In this document: one piece after another, positions 25,201 through 35,800 of the stretch
Layout: the number at the start of each line of letters is the position of its first letter
How positions within the stretch are numbered: position 1 is the stretch's first letter
Source: Octopus vulgaris
Taxonomy: Eukaryota
Reading direction: 5' to 3'
DNA length: 64,000 bases
Assembly: GCA_951406725.2 (NCBI GenBank)
Contig: OX597814.1
Coordinates: forward strand, 34,162,001 to 34,226,000
The notes under the pieces: generated by a model
Told to the model about the DNA's origin: nothing
The model's database searches: none
What the model saw: only the letters and a program-made list of their open reading frames with translations
Made by a program: the position numbers and the translations under genes

Positions 25201-26657
25201 AAGCAGTTAGATATATTTTTGTGGAAAAGCACGTAGATGAATGAAGCGTGTATAAATTTTCATATTAATGTGATAAATAATTTCTGTATGTTTAACTCTA
25301 AGGTAAAGTAAAAAGAGATGTTCAAATTTTTGTTCATACATTATTACACTTTCGGTTTTTGGTTAGGAAAATACACATAACTTACACAGAAATATATATT
25401 GTATGGAATGTATTTTCAGCAAGAACATTACTAGATATATAACATTTAAAATGCGTTTCTTTCTAGATACTGTTTTCTCCCATATTTCTGTTTGTTTTTT
25501 TTTTTTTTTTTTTTTATAATCAATCCTGCTCATTTTTCATATTTAAATATATGGAATATATGAAAAAAAAGATACTAACTTTTTGTAAAATCTCAGCTAA
25601 CAATCAAAATTAAACGCTGTTCAAACGGTATGTATATATCTGAAACACTAACAGAAAATGAGGGAGTGAACCGGGCCCTAAAGTTTGAACTTGATCTCAT
25701 TTAGCGCGAGGCACTGATAAAAAAATTCGTTACGTTCCACTAACATTGGCTTTAAGGGTACCACTTAAGAACAGTAGTACCGGCTTTTAGAAGAGTACCC
25801 AACTTATAGAAATTTCTTTTTACATATTAGGTTGTCCCAAAAGTTCGTAAACACTTGCGAAAATTGAATTTTTACTCGCCAAGTACTAACAAAATCAACA
25901 AAAATTATTCCTCAAAATAAAGACCATTATTTTCCAAGACTTTCTACGAACTTTTGGGACAACCTTATATTAAGCAATTTCCAATTTCCATTTTATTAAC
26001 TCCTACAATAGTATATTCAAATTATGAAATAATCTATTTGAACCGCATTTAATAGTGTGTATAGCCTAAGTATAAAAAGGAGGGGATAAACTATAATTTG
26101 AAGAAACTAAACTAGCGATGATCTTGCATCAGCAAAAAGCTAGTTAAAACATCTCTTGAAATAGATGTGTGTTGTGAGTAGAGGAGGGTCCTTCTGAAAA
26201 CATGAAAATGTTTATGAAGCAGTAACGGACATGAATATTTCGTAAATACATGTGTGGCTTACGTAATAACAAATGTAAACGGAAGTGCATAGTATGTGAT
26301 CAACGAGGATAATAAACACACCAGAAAACCAGAAAAATGGTATATGTTAAAGTATTGAGTTACTTACAGTCAATCACAAACTGTTATTGATAGAAAATCT
26401 TTATCTTTATAAATGATTCAAAACATTTAAGTCGTATTCGAGCAAAACAACGTATTACCGAACATGCCTTGTCGTCGACATAAACACTACGCAAATGAAA
26501 TTATATCGTCATTAAACTTATAGTGTAATAACAAATGAAATAACATATGTGACTTCTAGATGTAATTTTATAGATAAATGAAACCATGTAATTAATAAAC
26601 TATTATAAAAATCAATTCTAATTTTACTGACCATGGATCACGTGCATACTCCTCCAT
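11908..26657 (-). CDS. TIMM17: Mitochondrial import inner membrane translocase subunit Tim17, complete 7-exon gene (join 26632-26657, 24002-24101, 21418-21481, 17534-17662, 15530-15565, 14540-14614, 11908-11978; 501 nt, 166 aa)
   Basis: Spliced translation [166 protein letters not shown]. All introns are GT-AG and phases are consistent. Confidence 0.97.
13574..14090 (+). mobile_element. Mariner transposon 5' remnant (TIR and transposase HTH region)
   Basis: tattgggtcatcccataa terminus; [19 protein letters not shown]... then [20 protein letters not shown]...[15 protein letters not shown], frameshifted and truncated. Confidence 0.85.
14115..14315 (+). mobile_element. RTE-type 3'-end fragment/SINE
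   Basis: Family sequence with (GAT)n tail. Confidence 0.75.
14540..14614 (-). CDS. TIMM17: Tim17 coding exon 6
   Basis: catcag|[24 protein letters not shown]|gtaagt. Confidence 0.96.
14687..14850 (+). mobile_element. Possible Penelope-like element fragment (RT-endonuclease linker)
   Basis: [21 protein letters not shown]...[20 protein letters not shown] resembles PLE linker regions; short and interrupted. Confidence 0.45.
15530..15565 (-). CDS. TIMM17: Tim17 coding exon 5 (36-nt mini-exon)
   Basis: ttgcag|(N)[12 protein letters not shown]|gtaagt; supplies the conserved AMVGSA segment. Confidence 0.92.
15995..16232 (+). mobile_element. SINE family A fragment
   Basis: Reverse complement of part of the 27225-27645 element. 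Confidence 0.8.
17083..17439 (-). mobile_element. RTE-type 3'-end insertion nested in a degenerate piggyBac-like MITE (~16872-17460)
   Basis: 13-bp TSD catctaaatgtaa at 17070-17082 and 17440-17452; host element bounded by taaccctt...aagggtta. Confidence 0.8.
17534..17662 (-). CDS. TIMM17: Tim17 coding exon 4
   Basis: cacag|[42 protein letters not shown]|gtaagt. Confidence 0.97.
17864..18200 (+). mobile_element. Penelope-like element GIY-YIG endonuclease remnant
   Basis: IYKCTV...TYIGTT.NFKQRY..H..SFR...STTLASHI, then in another frame LCLKE..IL...LLNKHE..STCNH, the typical PLE endonuclease C-terminus. Confidence 0.82.
18403..19025 (+). mobile_element. RTE-clade LINE fragment
   Basis: [12 protein letters not shown], Cys/His finger, [33 protein letters not shown]; homologous to 40420-41400. 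Confidence 0.88.
19118..19152 (+). ncRNA. Minimal type I hammerhead ribozyme motif (slightly decayed)
   Basis: gttt-CTGACGA-a-gagc-tcc-gctt-GAAA-tGTA-aaac; stems I and II are complementary. Confidence 0.55.
19577..19793 (-). mobile_element. RTE-type 3'-end fragment/SINE
   Basis: (CAT)n followed by the family sequence. Confidence 0.8.
20514..20561 (+). ncRNA. Type I hammerhead ribozyme motif in a Penelope-like 3' region
   Basis: gtct-CTGATGA-aggcatat-ataaa-atatcccg-GAAA-cagctg-TA-agac; intact core, palindromic helix III, GUA cleavage triplet. Confidence 0.7.
21075..21292 (+). mobile_element. RTE-type 3'-end fragment/SINE (diverged)
   Basis: Family sequence with (GAT)n tail. Confidence 0.7.
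21418..21481 (-). CDS. TIMM17: Tim17 coding exon 3
   Basis: ttccag|[22 protein letters not shown]|gtaagt. Confidence 0.93.
24002..24101 (-). CDS. TIMM17: Tim17 coding exon 2
   Basis: ttttag|...[33 protein letters not shown]|gtaagt. Confidence 0.97.
25827..25967. mobile_element. Tc1/mariner-type MITE
   Basis: TA-ttaggttgtcccaaaagttcgta ... tacgaacttttgggacaacctta-TA. Confidence 0.85.
26632..26657 (-). CDS. TIMM17: Tim17 coding exon 1 (MEEYARDPC)
   Basis: gcaATGGAGGAGTATGCACGTGATCCATG|gtcagt. Confidence 0.93.
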
Positions 26658-27224
26658 TGCTGTCAGAAAAGGGGGTGCAACTCAAAATTGGCTTTATTTG
26701 CTGGAACGAACGACTTTTAGTGAAACGAAACGTTTTAAGTAATTTATAATTTATGGTAATTTATCAAAAGATAGTATTCACTAGCTCTGTTAATTATTTC
26801 AACATTAAACATTCATACAACAGCTAAAATATTGGTGTATGCTAATTTAATTAATTTGAATAAAAATATTTGGTGATGAATTAAAATATAAATATCAGTC
26901 TTAACTCTTAAAAACCATGTTGGTAACTTCTCTATCGCTGCCAATTTCCTGGGAAGCACCCATAGAAACGGTTTACATGGCTCTGTCTCTCTCAGATCAA
27001 ATCACTCTAGACAGTTTAAATGATAATGTATCGCACGAATGAGCGCAAGTAAACTCAGTTTTAATTGACAACAGATTATAAGCTTTCCATAGTGATTGAG
27101 GTAAAGAAGCATTCATTAATCATTTATCCTTTTAACCCTTGCGGATAGTTCGATGTTTATGAAGAAGAAAATTAATTACACTTGCTTAGAATAGGGAAAG
27201 TTACTTGTATTAGATTATTTACTC

Positions 27225-27447
27225 TTTTTTACTCTTTTACTTGTTTCAGTCATTTGACTGCGGCCATGCTGGAGCACCGCCTTTAGTCGATCAAATCGAC
27301 CCCGGGACTTATTCTTTGTAAGCCCAGTACTTATTCTATCGGTCTCTTGCCGAACCGCTAAGTGACGGAGACGTAAACACACCAGCATCGGTTGTCAAGC
27401 AATGCTAGGGGGACAAACACAGACACACAAACACATACACACACACT

Positions 27448-27481
<34 letters not shown>

Positions 27482-27645
27482 TACGACAGGCTTCTTTCAG
27501 TTTCCGTCTACCAAATCCACTCACAAGGCATTGGTCGGCCCGGGGCTATAGCAGAAGACACTTGCCCAAGATGCCACGCAGTGGGACTGAACCCGGAACC
27601 ATGTGGTTGGTTAGCAAGCTACTTACCTCACAGCCACTCCTGCGC
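27225..27645 (-). mobile_element. Full-length tRNA-headed SINE (family A) about 570 bp upstream of the TIMM17 ATG
   Basis: Minus-strand head gcaggagtggctgtgaggtaagtagc...ggttcagtcccactgc with A/B-box-like motifs. Confidence 0.88.
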
Positions 27646-28842
27646 CTCATCGTAATGAGGATCAGATTTATTTCTCATCCTCTATATATTATAGAAAAGT
27701 GAGTTTAGGACCAGCTCTCCATCTCCTCGATACTGGAGTTCGATATTGATTGATATCCTAACGCTTGTTGATCGGCTTCAGATCAACCTTATTGAACAAA
27801 CCTTTCATCAAAGTTTTTCAGCCGCAACCATCAAATATTCTCAGGAATACCTGTATTCAGAACTACTTCCCTCAACTCTCGTTTTAGATAGTGATATCTA
27901 GAAAGAATTTTCAAAATTAGTTATACCTTGATTTGGAGAGAATATTAAAATAAGTAATTTATTCAATTTTCAATTTGATTTTAAAACCTTTATTCTTTGT
28001 GTACAATTTGTCTGCTACCATCTTATATATGATACTAAAACAGGGTAAACATATTCTATGCGATTCACAAAGATGTTGATCATCAACACCATCGTAATCT
28101 TTGTCATCGTTGTTTTAACGTTTATGTTTTCATGCTGTCAGGGGTTAAATAGGTTTCTTATACTGCATAGTTTCCTCATCGTGTTATCTGATATGTGAAA
28201 CCCATAGGCTAAACAACAATGCATCTGACATGTGTTCCTTGCAATTTTTTTTGTTTACTTAAGAAAAGAAACTCAGAATAAATCCCTGGGGTTTTTCTTC
28301 TAGATAACGGTAAGTTTGATGCAGTTGATGTCAATGTTTGCAAGAAACCTGTAAGAGAAGATTGGGATTCTGTAATCGAGAAAGAACTGGATGAAATGCT
28401 TCGTGCAGGGTCCAGGGAATAAAAAAAGAATTAAAGGAGAGATGGATAGGTCTGGGTGGAGAGGGTGTACATCTAGTTAGTTCAGATGTCATTATAGTTA
28501 TGATGGATAAGGCTGAGAAAATAGTTTCTGAATTAGTGGTTTAACATGGTTGAATAGTCAGCCTAGCAGATTTTTGTTTGAGTGTATAGCAACAGTAGCA
28601 GTGTATCATAAATGTGAACAGGTCTTCACTGTAGGCTTTGAGATTTGTAGAGGGTCAGCAACTGATTAAATCTGAAGTATTTCTTTATTTTAAAGATATA
28701 ATTGATACAATTTTGACGATGTTGTATGTGTACAATCACCATCAAAGGTCTCAGAGATAGTGAGTCCTAGCATTTGTAGTGACATTAGGGGTTTTCGTTG
28801 TGTGTAGATTATAACCAGAGATGGTGAGATACTAGATTGTTT

Positions 28843-29247
28843 CCTGACTGGCTCCCGTGCTGGTGGAACACAATAAGCACCATGCATGCATGGCTCGTTG
28901 TCAGTGCCATCTGACTGGCCCCCCGTGCCGGTGACACGTAAAAAACACCATCCGAACGTGGTCGATGTCAGCCACCACGCCCCAACTGGCTCCTGTGCCG
29001 GTAGCACGTAAAAAAAAGCACCATCCGAACGTGGCCGATGCCAGTGCCACCTGACTGGCTCCCGTGCCGGTGGCACATAAAAAGCACCCACTACACTCTC
29101 GGAGTGGTTAGCGTTAGGAAGGGCATCCAGCTGTAGAAACACTGCCAAATCAGATTGGAGCCTGTTGTGACCTCCTTGCTTGCCAGTTCCCAGTCAAACC
29201 ATCCAAACCATGCCAGCATAGAAAACGGACGTTAAATGATGATGATG
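28843..29247 (+). mobile_element. RTE-type 3' UTR fragment with ~60-bp internal subrepeats
   Basis: Repeated gtgccggtggcacgtaaaaagcacc units and a (GAT)n tail. Confidence 0.8.
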
Positions 29248-29604
29248 TATACAACAAGCTTCTTTCAGTTTATTTCTACTAAATTTACTCACAAGGCTTT
29301 GGTTGGCCTTGGCTATATTAGAAGACACTGGCTCAAGGTGTCATGTACTGGGACTGAACCTGTAATCATATGGTTTGGAAGTAAGCTTCTCAATCACACA
29401 ACCACACCTGTGGCTATATATATTGATAACTCTTAGTCTTGTCAGCTGAGTAGAATTTGTTTCGCTGAGATGTATTAAGACTGAAACATATCTAATGCTT
29501 TCATCAGTTGGCTTAAAGAGCACATCTTACTACATCTCTTTTTCCCCTCAAAATTTCTATGAAATATTCTTATAGGAAGTAAAGTCATTCGACACATCAA
29601 AGTC

Positions 29605-30110
29605 GCTATTCCATGTTACAACTAGTCTAACTCCAAGCAGATTTTCCGCCAGCTGGTCATTAGCGTGACGCTGCAGCCTCCATATACAATATGTATTGCT
29701 AGCAAGAAGAGGCGAACCCCTACCAGCCTCTAGCGGATAGCAGGATCACGGGACTGACTCAGTTTCGAGTTTTTTGGTTCATTCTCAGTCGCAAGCACTT
29801 GGCTGCCAGAGTCCTCTCCAGCCAGCAATATATAGTAAACAAAGTGACCATCGGCCTCTGATTTGTAACAAGCAAAAGAGGTAGTTGTAAAATCTCAAGA
29901 AGATATGTGTGCGTGCGTGTATATATGAAATTTTGAATTTAGTTCACTGACCCCCATTACTACCTTTGTGGACCACTCTGCTAGATGGTAAGGGTTCGCT
30001 CCCTCTGTTAGCAATATATATTGTATATAGAGGGTGCAGCATTGCCCTGATAACCAGCTGGCAGACAATCTGCCTGGGGTTAAACTAGTAGTAACATAGA
30101 ACGGCCAGCA
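29605..30110. mobile_element. Foldback/MITE-like element with ~135-bp imperfect inverted arms
   Basis: 29605-29745 is an imperfect reverse complement of 29975-30110. Confidence 0.65.
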
Positions 30111-30437
30111 TAGTTACTACTATGATCTCGAGATTTTACTAGCTAGTCTTATAGGAGTTATCTCCCTTTTTCATCATTTGTAGGGTTAACCCCCACCTCT
30201 TAAAATTTTTTTCTGCTAATTGTTTGATAATCGCACTTTTTAGCTCACAGTATTACAAAAGACCCTATCGTATTCAAAGCGTCAATGGTAGTCATAATGT
30301 TGTTTAAGTGGAGAGATCAAAGGTGTTTTTTTGCATATAGTGACTGTGTATGTAGTGGTGAGATAGAGCTTGAGAAGTATTCCAGTCATTGTCTTTTTGA
30401 GCTTTTGAGACAAAATGCCACCCTATTGGAAGTTAAT

Positions 30438-31208
30438 TCATCATCATCATCATCATCATCATCATCGTTTAACGTCCGTTCTCCATGCTAGCATGGGTTG
30501 GACGATTCGACCGGGGATCTGGGAAGCCAGAAGGCTGCACCAGGCTCCAGTCTAATCTGGCAATGTTTCTACAGCTGGATGCCCTTCCTAACGCCAACCA
30601 CTCCGTGAGTGTAGTGGGTGCTTTTTACGTGCCACCTGCACAGGTGCCAGGCGAGGCTGGCAACGGCCACGGTCGGATTGGTGTATTTTATGTGCCACCG
30701 GCACGGAAGCCAGTCGAGGCGGTGCTGGCATCGGCCACGAATCGGATAGTGCTTTTTACGTACCACCAGACCAGGGATCCTGGCTGGTTCAATTCGATTT
30801 CGATTTCGCTTGCCCCAACATGTCTTCACAAGCAAAGGGGGTTGGCATGGGTGCCTGTCGTACGGTCGGATTGGAGTATTTTACGTGCCACCGGCACGGA
30901 AGCCAGTGGAAGCGGCGCTGGCATCGGCCACGAGTCGGATAGTGCCTTTTACGTACCACCAGACCAGGGATCCTGGCTGGTTCAATTTGGTTTCGATTTT
31001 CGATTTCGCTTGCCCCAACATGTCTTCGCAAGCAGAGGGGGTTGGCATGGGTGCCTGTCGTCGGATGAGGTTCTATATCGACTTCGCTTGCCTCAACAGG
31101 TCTTTGTGTCCAAGGGAGGAAAGGCATTCATAAGTGGGCTGGGCTCACTTGTCCTGCCTGGTCTTCTCACGTACAGAATATTTCCAAAGGTCTCGGTCAC
31201 TGGTCATT
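30438..31208 (-). mobile_element. RTE-type LINE 3' UTR with internal tandem duplication
   Basis: (CAT)n head on the plus strand, family sequence, duplicated block of about 180 bp. Confidence 0.85.
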
Positions 31209-31544
31209 AATTATACTGCAAAAATTCTTATCTTAACAGTTCATTGACAGTCGTACAACAGATGTCTGGCATGTGGTTTTTGAGCTCTGGTGAGGATTTC
31301 GTAATTTAATGTAGACCCAAATAATTGACAAATGAATTGTGTCATTTCTGGGTCTTTACTGTTATCTTTGGTAAACCTATTTTACATCACATTTAAATAC
31401 TTTTTACTGTGAACATTAAAGAGGCAGTCCTATAATCTTCAGTTGAATGGAAGATAGCTTGTCTGATTCATCTAATTACTAACTGATCTCATCTGTTACC
31501 ACTAAAACACAAACTGTCTCCAAAGATTGGGCAGCTATCATTAA

Positions 31545-31764
31545 CCCTTTCATTACTGTATTTATTTTGAGATGTTCTGTGTTTCTTTCAATTACTTCAA
31601 ATATAACAAAGAATTTAGTAAAGTGACTTAGTTACCATTCAGCTAGTGTTAGGAACATAAATTGCGACTAAGGTTTGGTGGAAGATTTTAATTCAAAACT
31701 TATGAAAACAAGACATTTGTACTCAGAGCCAGAGCTGGTTTCAGCTCGGTTGGTAATGAAAGGG
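31545..31764. mobile_element. piggyBac-like MITE
   Basis: TTAA-ccctttcattac ... gtaatgaaaggg-TTAA. Confidence 0.85.
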
Positions 31765-32566
31765 TTAATACATATTTGAATTTTCTTATGCCACCTACCT
31801 ACTTGTTTTATTGACACCCATTACTTTCTCATTTCTTGGAAGGTCCTAAATTAAACAATTTTATAATCTGCCATAAGAAAAGAATGACATCAATGAAACT
31901 TCTTCCCACATTTTCTGAATATTAATCTATACTTCAACTAAGCATAACTTGGCCTAGGAGACCACATGGGAATAAAATGTCTAGTGTTACTCCTTAAAGT
32001 AGTTTAAATACATCTAATGCTGACTGATGTCATACATTTATTTATTGAATTAATGAAACATGCAATTTAGACTAGTAACCCTAGAGGGAAAAACCTAGTT
32101 TTAAAGTCATTCAAATCCTTTGAGAAGAAACTAAGACACTGAAAAATTGTGTTTATTTTCTTTGCTATCATTACTACCATGATAGCTAGTTGATAGTGTT
32201 GTGTTTTGACTGTACTGTGGATTGTGCTTGTGTCTGAAATCATGGAATACATTGGAAATGGTGAGGTCAGATCTAACTATCTGAGCCCTTACAAACAATT
32301 ACGATATAGGATGAAAACAATTGGATATTAGCTAAAGAGTAAACACATATTATGGGAAAAAAAAATTAAAATAGTGATACTGAATAAAAACAACCAATGT
32401 CAAACAACCACATTGAATATAATTTTAAATTTACATACACATAGAAATTTTCTGGAATGAAAATGTATTGTAAATTAAATTTTTTTAAAAACAGCTTTCA
32501 TAGTAAAACATAACAATGAAGTATTTTTGATAAAAGCAATTTAATTTTTCCATAGTTCTTAAATGG

Positions 32567-32804
32567 TTAAAATTCTATATTGATTTGACCAGATTTAGGA
32601 TGATAAGTTAAAGTGACAGGAAATTTTCCATTAGAGGTAGCATCAATAGGTTGGTTAAGCAAATGAACTCCTTGGCGTGTGTGTTTATCCCAAGTAACAT
32701 AGCCATCTGATGTTTTCTCTTCAGAGTTTATTATGCCTGTACTAATCGTTGTGTTACCATATTGGAATTCTACCCAGAATGCAATACCATTGCATGTTCC
32801 ATTT
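32567..32804 (-). CDS. PRMT7: PRMT7 final coding exon
   Basis: ttcag|[15 protein letters not shown]...ISTGI...[12 protein letters not shown]...[15 protein letters not shown]. Confidence 0.94.
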
Positions 32805-35800
32805 CTGAAGCAGAAGAAAAAGAATATAATAAATATGAAAAAAAAATGCAGCTACAATTTTTACATATACATGAAGTTAAAATGCTGTATTACTGATGCT
32901 ACAGTCATGTGTTCAAATTCTACTATAATTATTCCATTGTGTTCATGAGCAGGTCTCATAACTAAGGGGTTAAAATATTAGATGAGTCATATGGACTCAT
33001 TTGACTTATCTAAGGTACTGGGCTCACATAGGTGAATGTGTTCACATTTTCACTTAAATCTTCCACTGGCTTTGTGCCTTCGAAAATGTGTGAACAAGAG
33101 ATTTCTTACTTAATAAACAGATTAAAGGTTAGCAACAGGAAGGACATCCAGCTGTAAAATAATGCTTCAATAATATATTTGCCTTGTCCATGCTAGCATG
33201 GAGAAAATGGATATAAAACAAACAAACCATTTATTACTCAATTTTCTTCAGTGATCTATTTGAAGATGAATAAGCATGATAGTTTCCTATCATTATATAA
33301 TGACAGAAAACATTGTCAGTATATAATGGCGAAAATTACTCACCTGGTAAATGTTAGTGTGTGTTCATTATACACTTTATTCTCTTCAAAAATGGAAGAA
33401 AGATCAAAAGAAGCAATTTCAAGAGGTTCAGAAAGTGCTTTGCCTGGATATTCCCAGAGTACTTCAGCTTCAATATTTCGGTCAACTCTGAGTGAGGAAT
33501 CCTACAATTAAAATAAGATAATTCATACAAAGTTGTTAATTAAAAGACATACAAGATGCATGCATGTGGAAACTGTCCAAAGACGTGCAATCAGACAAAT
33601 ATCCTCTGTCAGTCACTTACCATATCTTGAATGTATTGCTTAAAGTTTTGATGTATAGTAGTTAACTTGGTAGACGCCCACAAGATTAACAACCATCTTT
33701 CTAAGGATAACTTTGGCCACCTTTTGGAATTCAATATTTCTATCACTCATGGACAGTACTTATAAAATCAAAAAAACAGTGCAACATCCATGACTTTTAG
33801 AAACCGCTGCCGCCACCACCACCACCACCACTACCATCAACAAAAAGGTGGTGAGCTGGCAGAATAGTTAGTATGCTGGACAAAATGCTTAGGAGCATTT
33901 CATCTGTCTTTATGTTCTGAGTTCAAGTTCTGCTGAGGTCGACTTTGCCTTTCATCCCTCTCAGGATTATTATTATTAAAATTTCCTTTTAATTTAATAT
34001 GAATTCAATTAATATCTAATATATTTAAGGATAAGAATTTAAGCTACATATTGGACATCTTAACCATCAATAGCCATCAATATTTTAACTTCACTTCAAT
34101 TACAAGCAGAAGCCATAAAAAAAGTTAATATTTATTAGATATAAAAAATTCTTTTCTTGGCTTATGAAAATGCTTCTTTAAAGGGCATATGATAAATGTT
34201 GAAGTAAAACTTCATAAAAACAACATATATTATAAACAACTTGGATATATTCAAATTTTGTAGCAGCCTTTAGGATCAAGTGATTAAATGACAAAAGCAC
34301 TTTTATAATATTCAACATTCTTTATAGAAGAACAAATAGGATAGTAAACTCCCAATTAATATCAGCAAGAGCTGAGTTATTTGCTTTACATTATGTTCAG
34401 TGCTTTGTTTATTGTTTCAATAATACATGGTAGTGACTTTGATGTAAAAGCTAAATTAACCCTCAAAAAATAAATAATGATGCAAGGTATATAATAAAAT
34501 AAAAAATGACATACATAAAATGGTTTTTAAAAAAGAAGATTCTTACCTCAATCATAGAATCAAATTCCTCTAAACAAAATCCTTCACATGTTTTTACTGC
34601 TGAACGAATTTTTGAAAGGTCTCTAAATTGCATGGCCATTCCAAAGATTTTCATTTTGTTGGGGTAACATGTAAGTGTGGAAGATAATTCGCTGAGAATG
34701 TACCAGAAATGCAAATTATGCCAGGGTAGCAGGCAAGAATTAAAACTTGGTTCTCCTATGGCGATATCAACCTATGAGAAAATGAATGAGAAAATAAATG
34801 CTGTGAAACATTTATGTACACTATTGGATCCTTTTATCAGTCCTTAACTTATCTCCAACAGCTAACTTTTATCATCAGGCAACTACTTCGATGGTACTGA
34901 TACCTGTCCTTCTAATTGTTGTTTCTCTTGTCTGCTTTTGTATCGTCTATCTGTCTGAATGCTTTATCGTCCTCTATTGCATTTTTGTGCCATTTTTATA
35001 TTGATAAATATATATATATATAACATACAAAAATGGGACAAGAACACAAAACATTCAGACAGTTAGGTGAAACAAAAAAAGGAAAACAAACTATCCAGAC
35101 AGACGATACAAGGAAAACAAGGACAGATCATTTGGAGTTTTCTATCCTCAGTCGAGTTCCAGATTATCTTTCCAATTTCAGCTGGTTATACTCAAGACTG
35201 CTCCAATCTGGCCAGCCCCAAGGAAAAATAAGCTAAGAGCATTACATTCCTTGGAAGAAAGCAGTGAATGTATATGAAACAAGGACGAAAAAAACCCCAG
35301 AAATATTACACAAATATAAATAACAGGACATAATAACAGGTGTCTTTTGACTAAGGACGAATTAAATTAAGCTGGCGTGTGTGGAAGTAAAGCCTTATGG
35401 CAGGGACATAGGATTTAACAAGCACAGGAAGGAATATAGATGTTGCACGGACAGTAGTCCAACCAAGAAAGAAAGGTCAGGCCTGGCCGAACACTGGTCA
35501 CGTGGGGAGAGAAGAGAGAGAGGTAGAGGCAGAGGGATAGAAGAATTAAGGAGGGGCGAATGAAAAATGAAAGAGACACAGTGAAGTGAAAGAGGGAAAG
35601 TGAGCATGAAGAGAAGGCCAGGAAATGTGAGAGAGGAGGAATGAAAGAATGAAGAGTGGAATGAACGAAGTGTGAAAGGGCTGAAAGAAAGAAGGAAAGG
35701 ATGAAAGAATACAAAGAACAATAGAGTCGTACAAAATTTAGATATATATACTTACATATAAGAGACCAAAGAATTGCAGATGACTTAAGACCATAAAAAT

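Noticed and set aside
28843-29100. CRISPR-like repeat-spacer appearance (gtgccggtggcacgtaaaaagcacc units)
   Set aside because: Spacers are homologous to each other, the units are subrepeats of a LINE 3' UTR, the context is eukaryotic and there are no cas genes.
29437-29515. Hammerhead-like CTGATGA...GAAAC on the minus strand
   Set aside because: Helix I and III pairing and the cleavage triplet could not be established; at best a badly decayed copy.
30485-31210. 241-aa ORF and overlapping ORFs
   Set aside because: Antisense reading of the repetitive RTE 3' UTR; the same peptide ([12 protein letters not shown]) recurs wherever the repeat occurs.
35120-35160. Hammerhead-like CTGAGGA motif on the minus strand
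   Set aside because: GAAA core is missing and helices are unconvincing.
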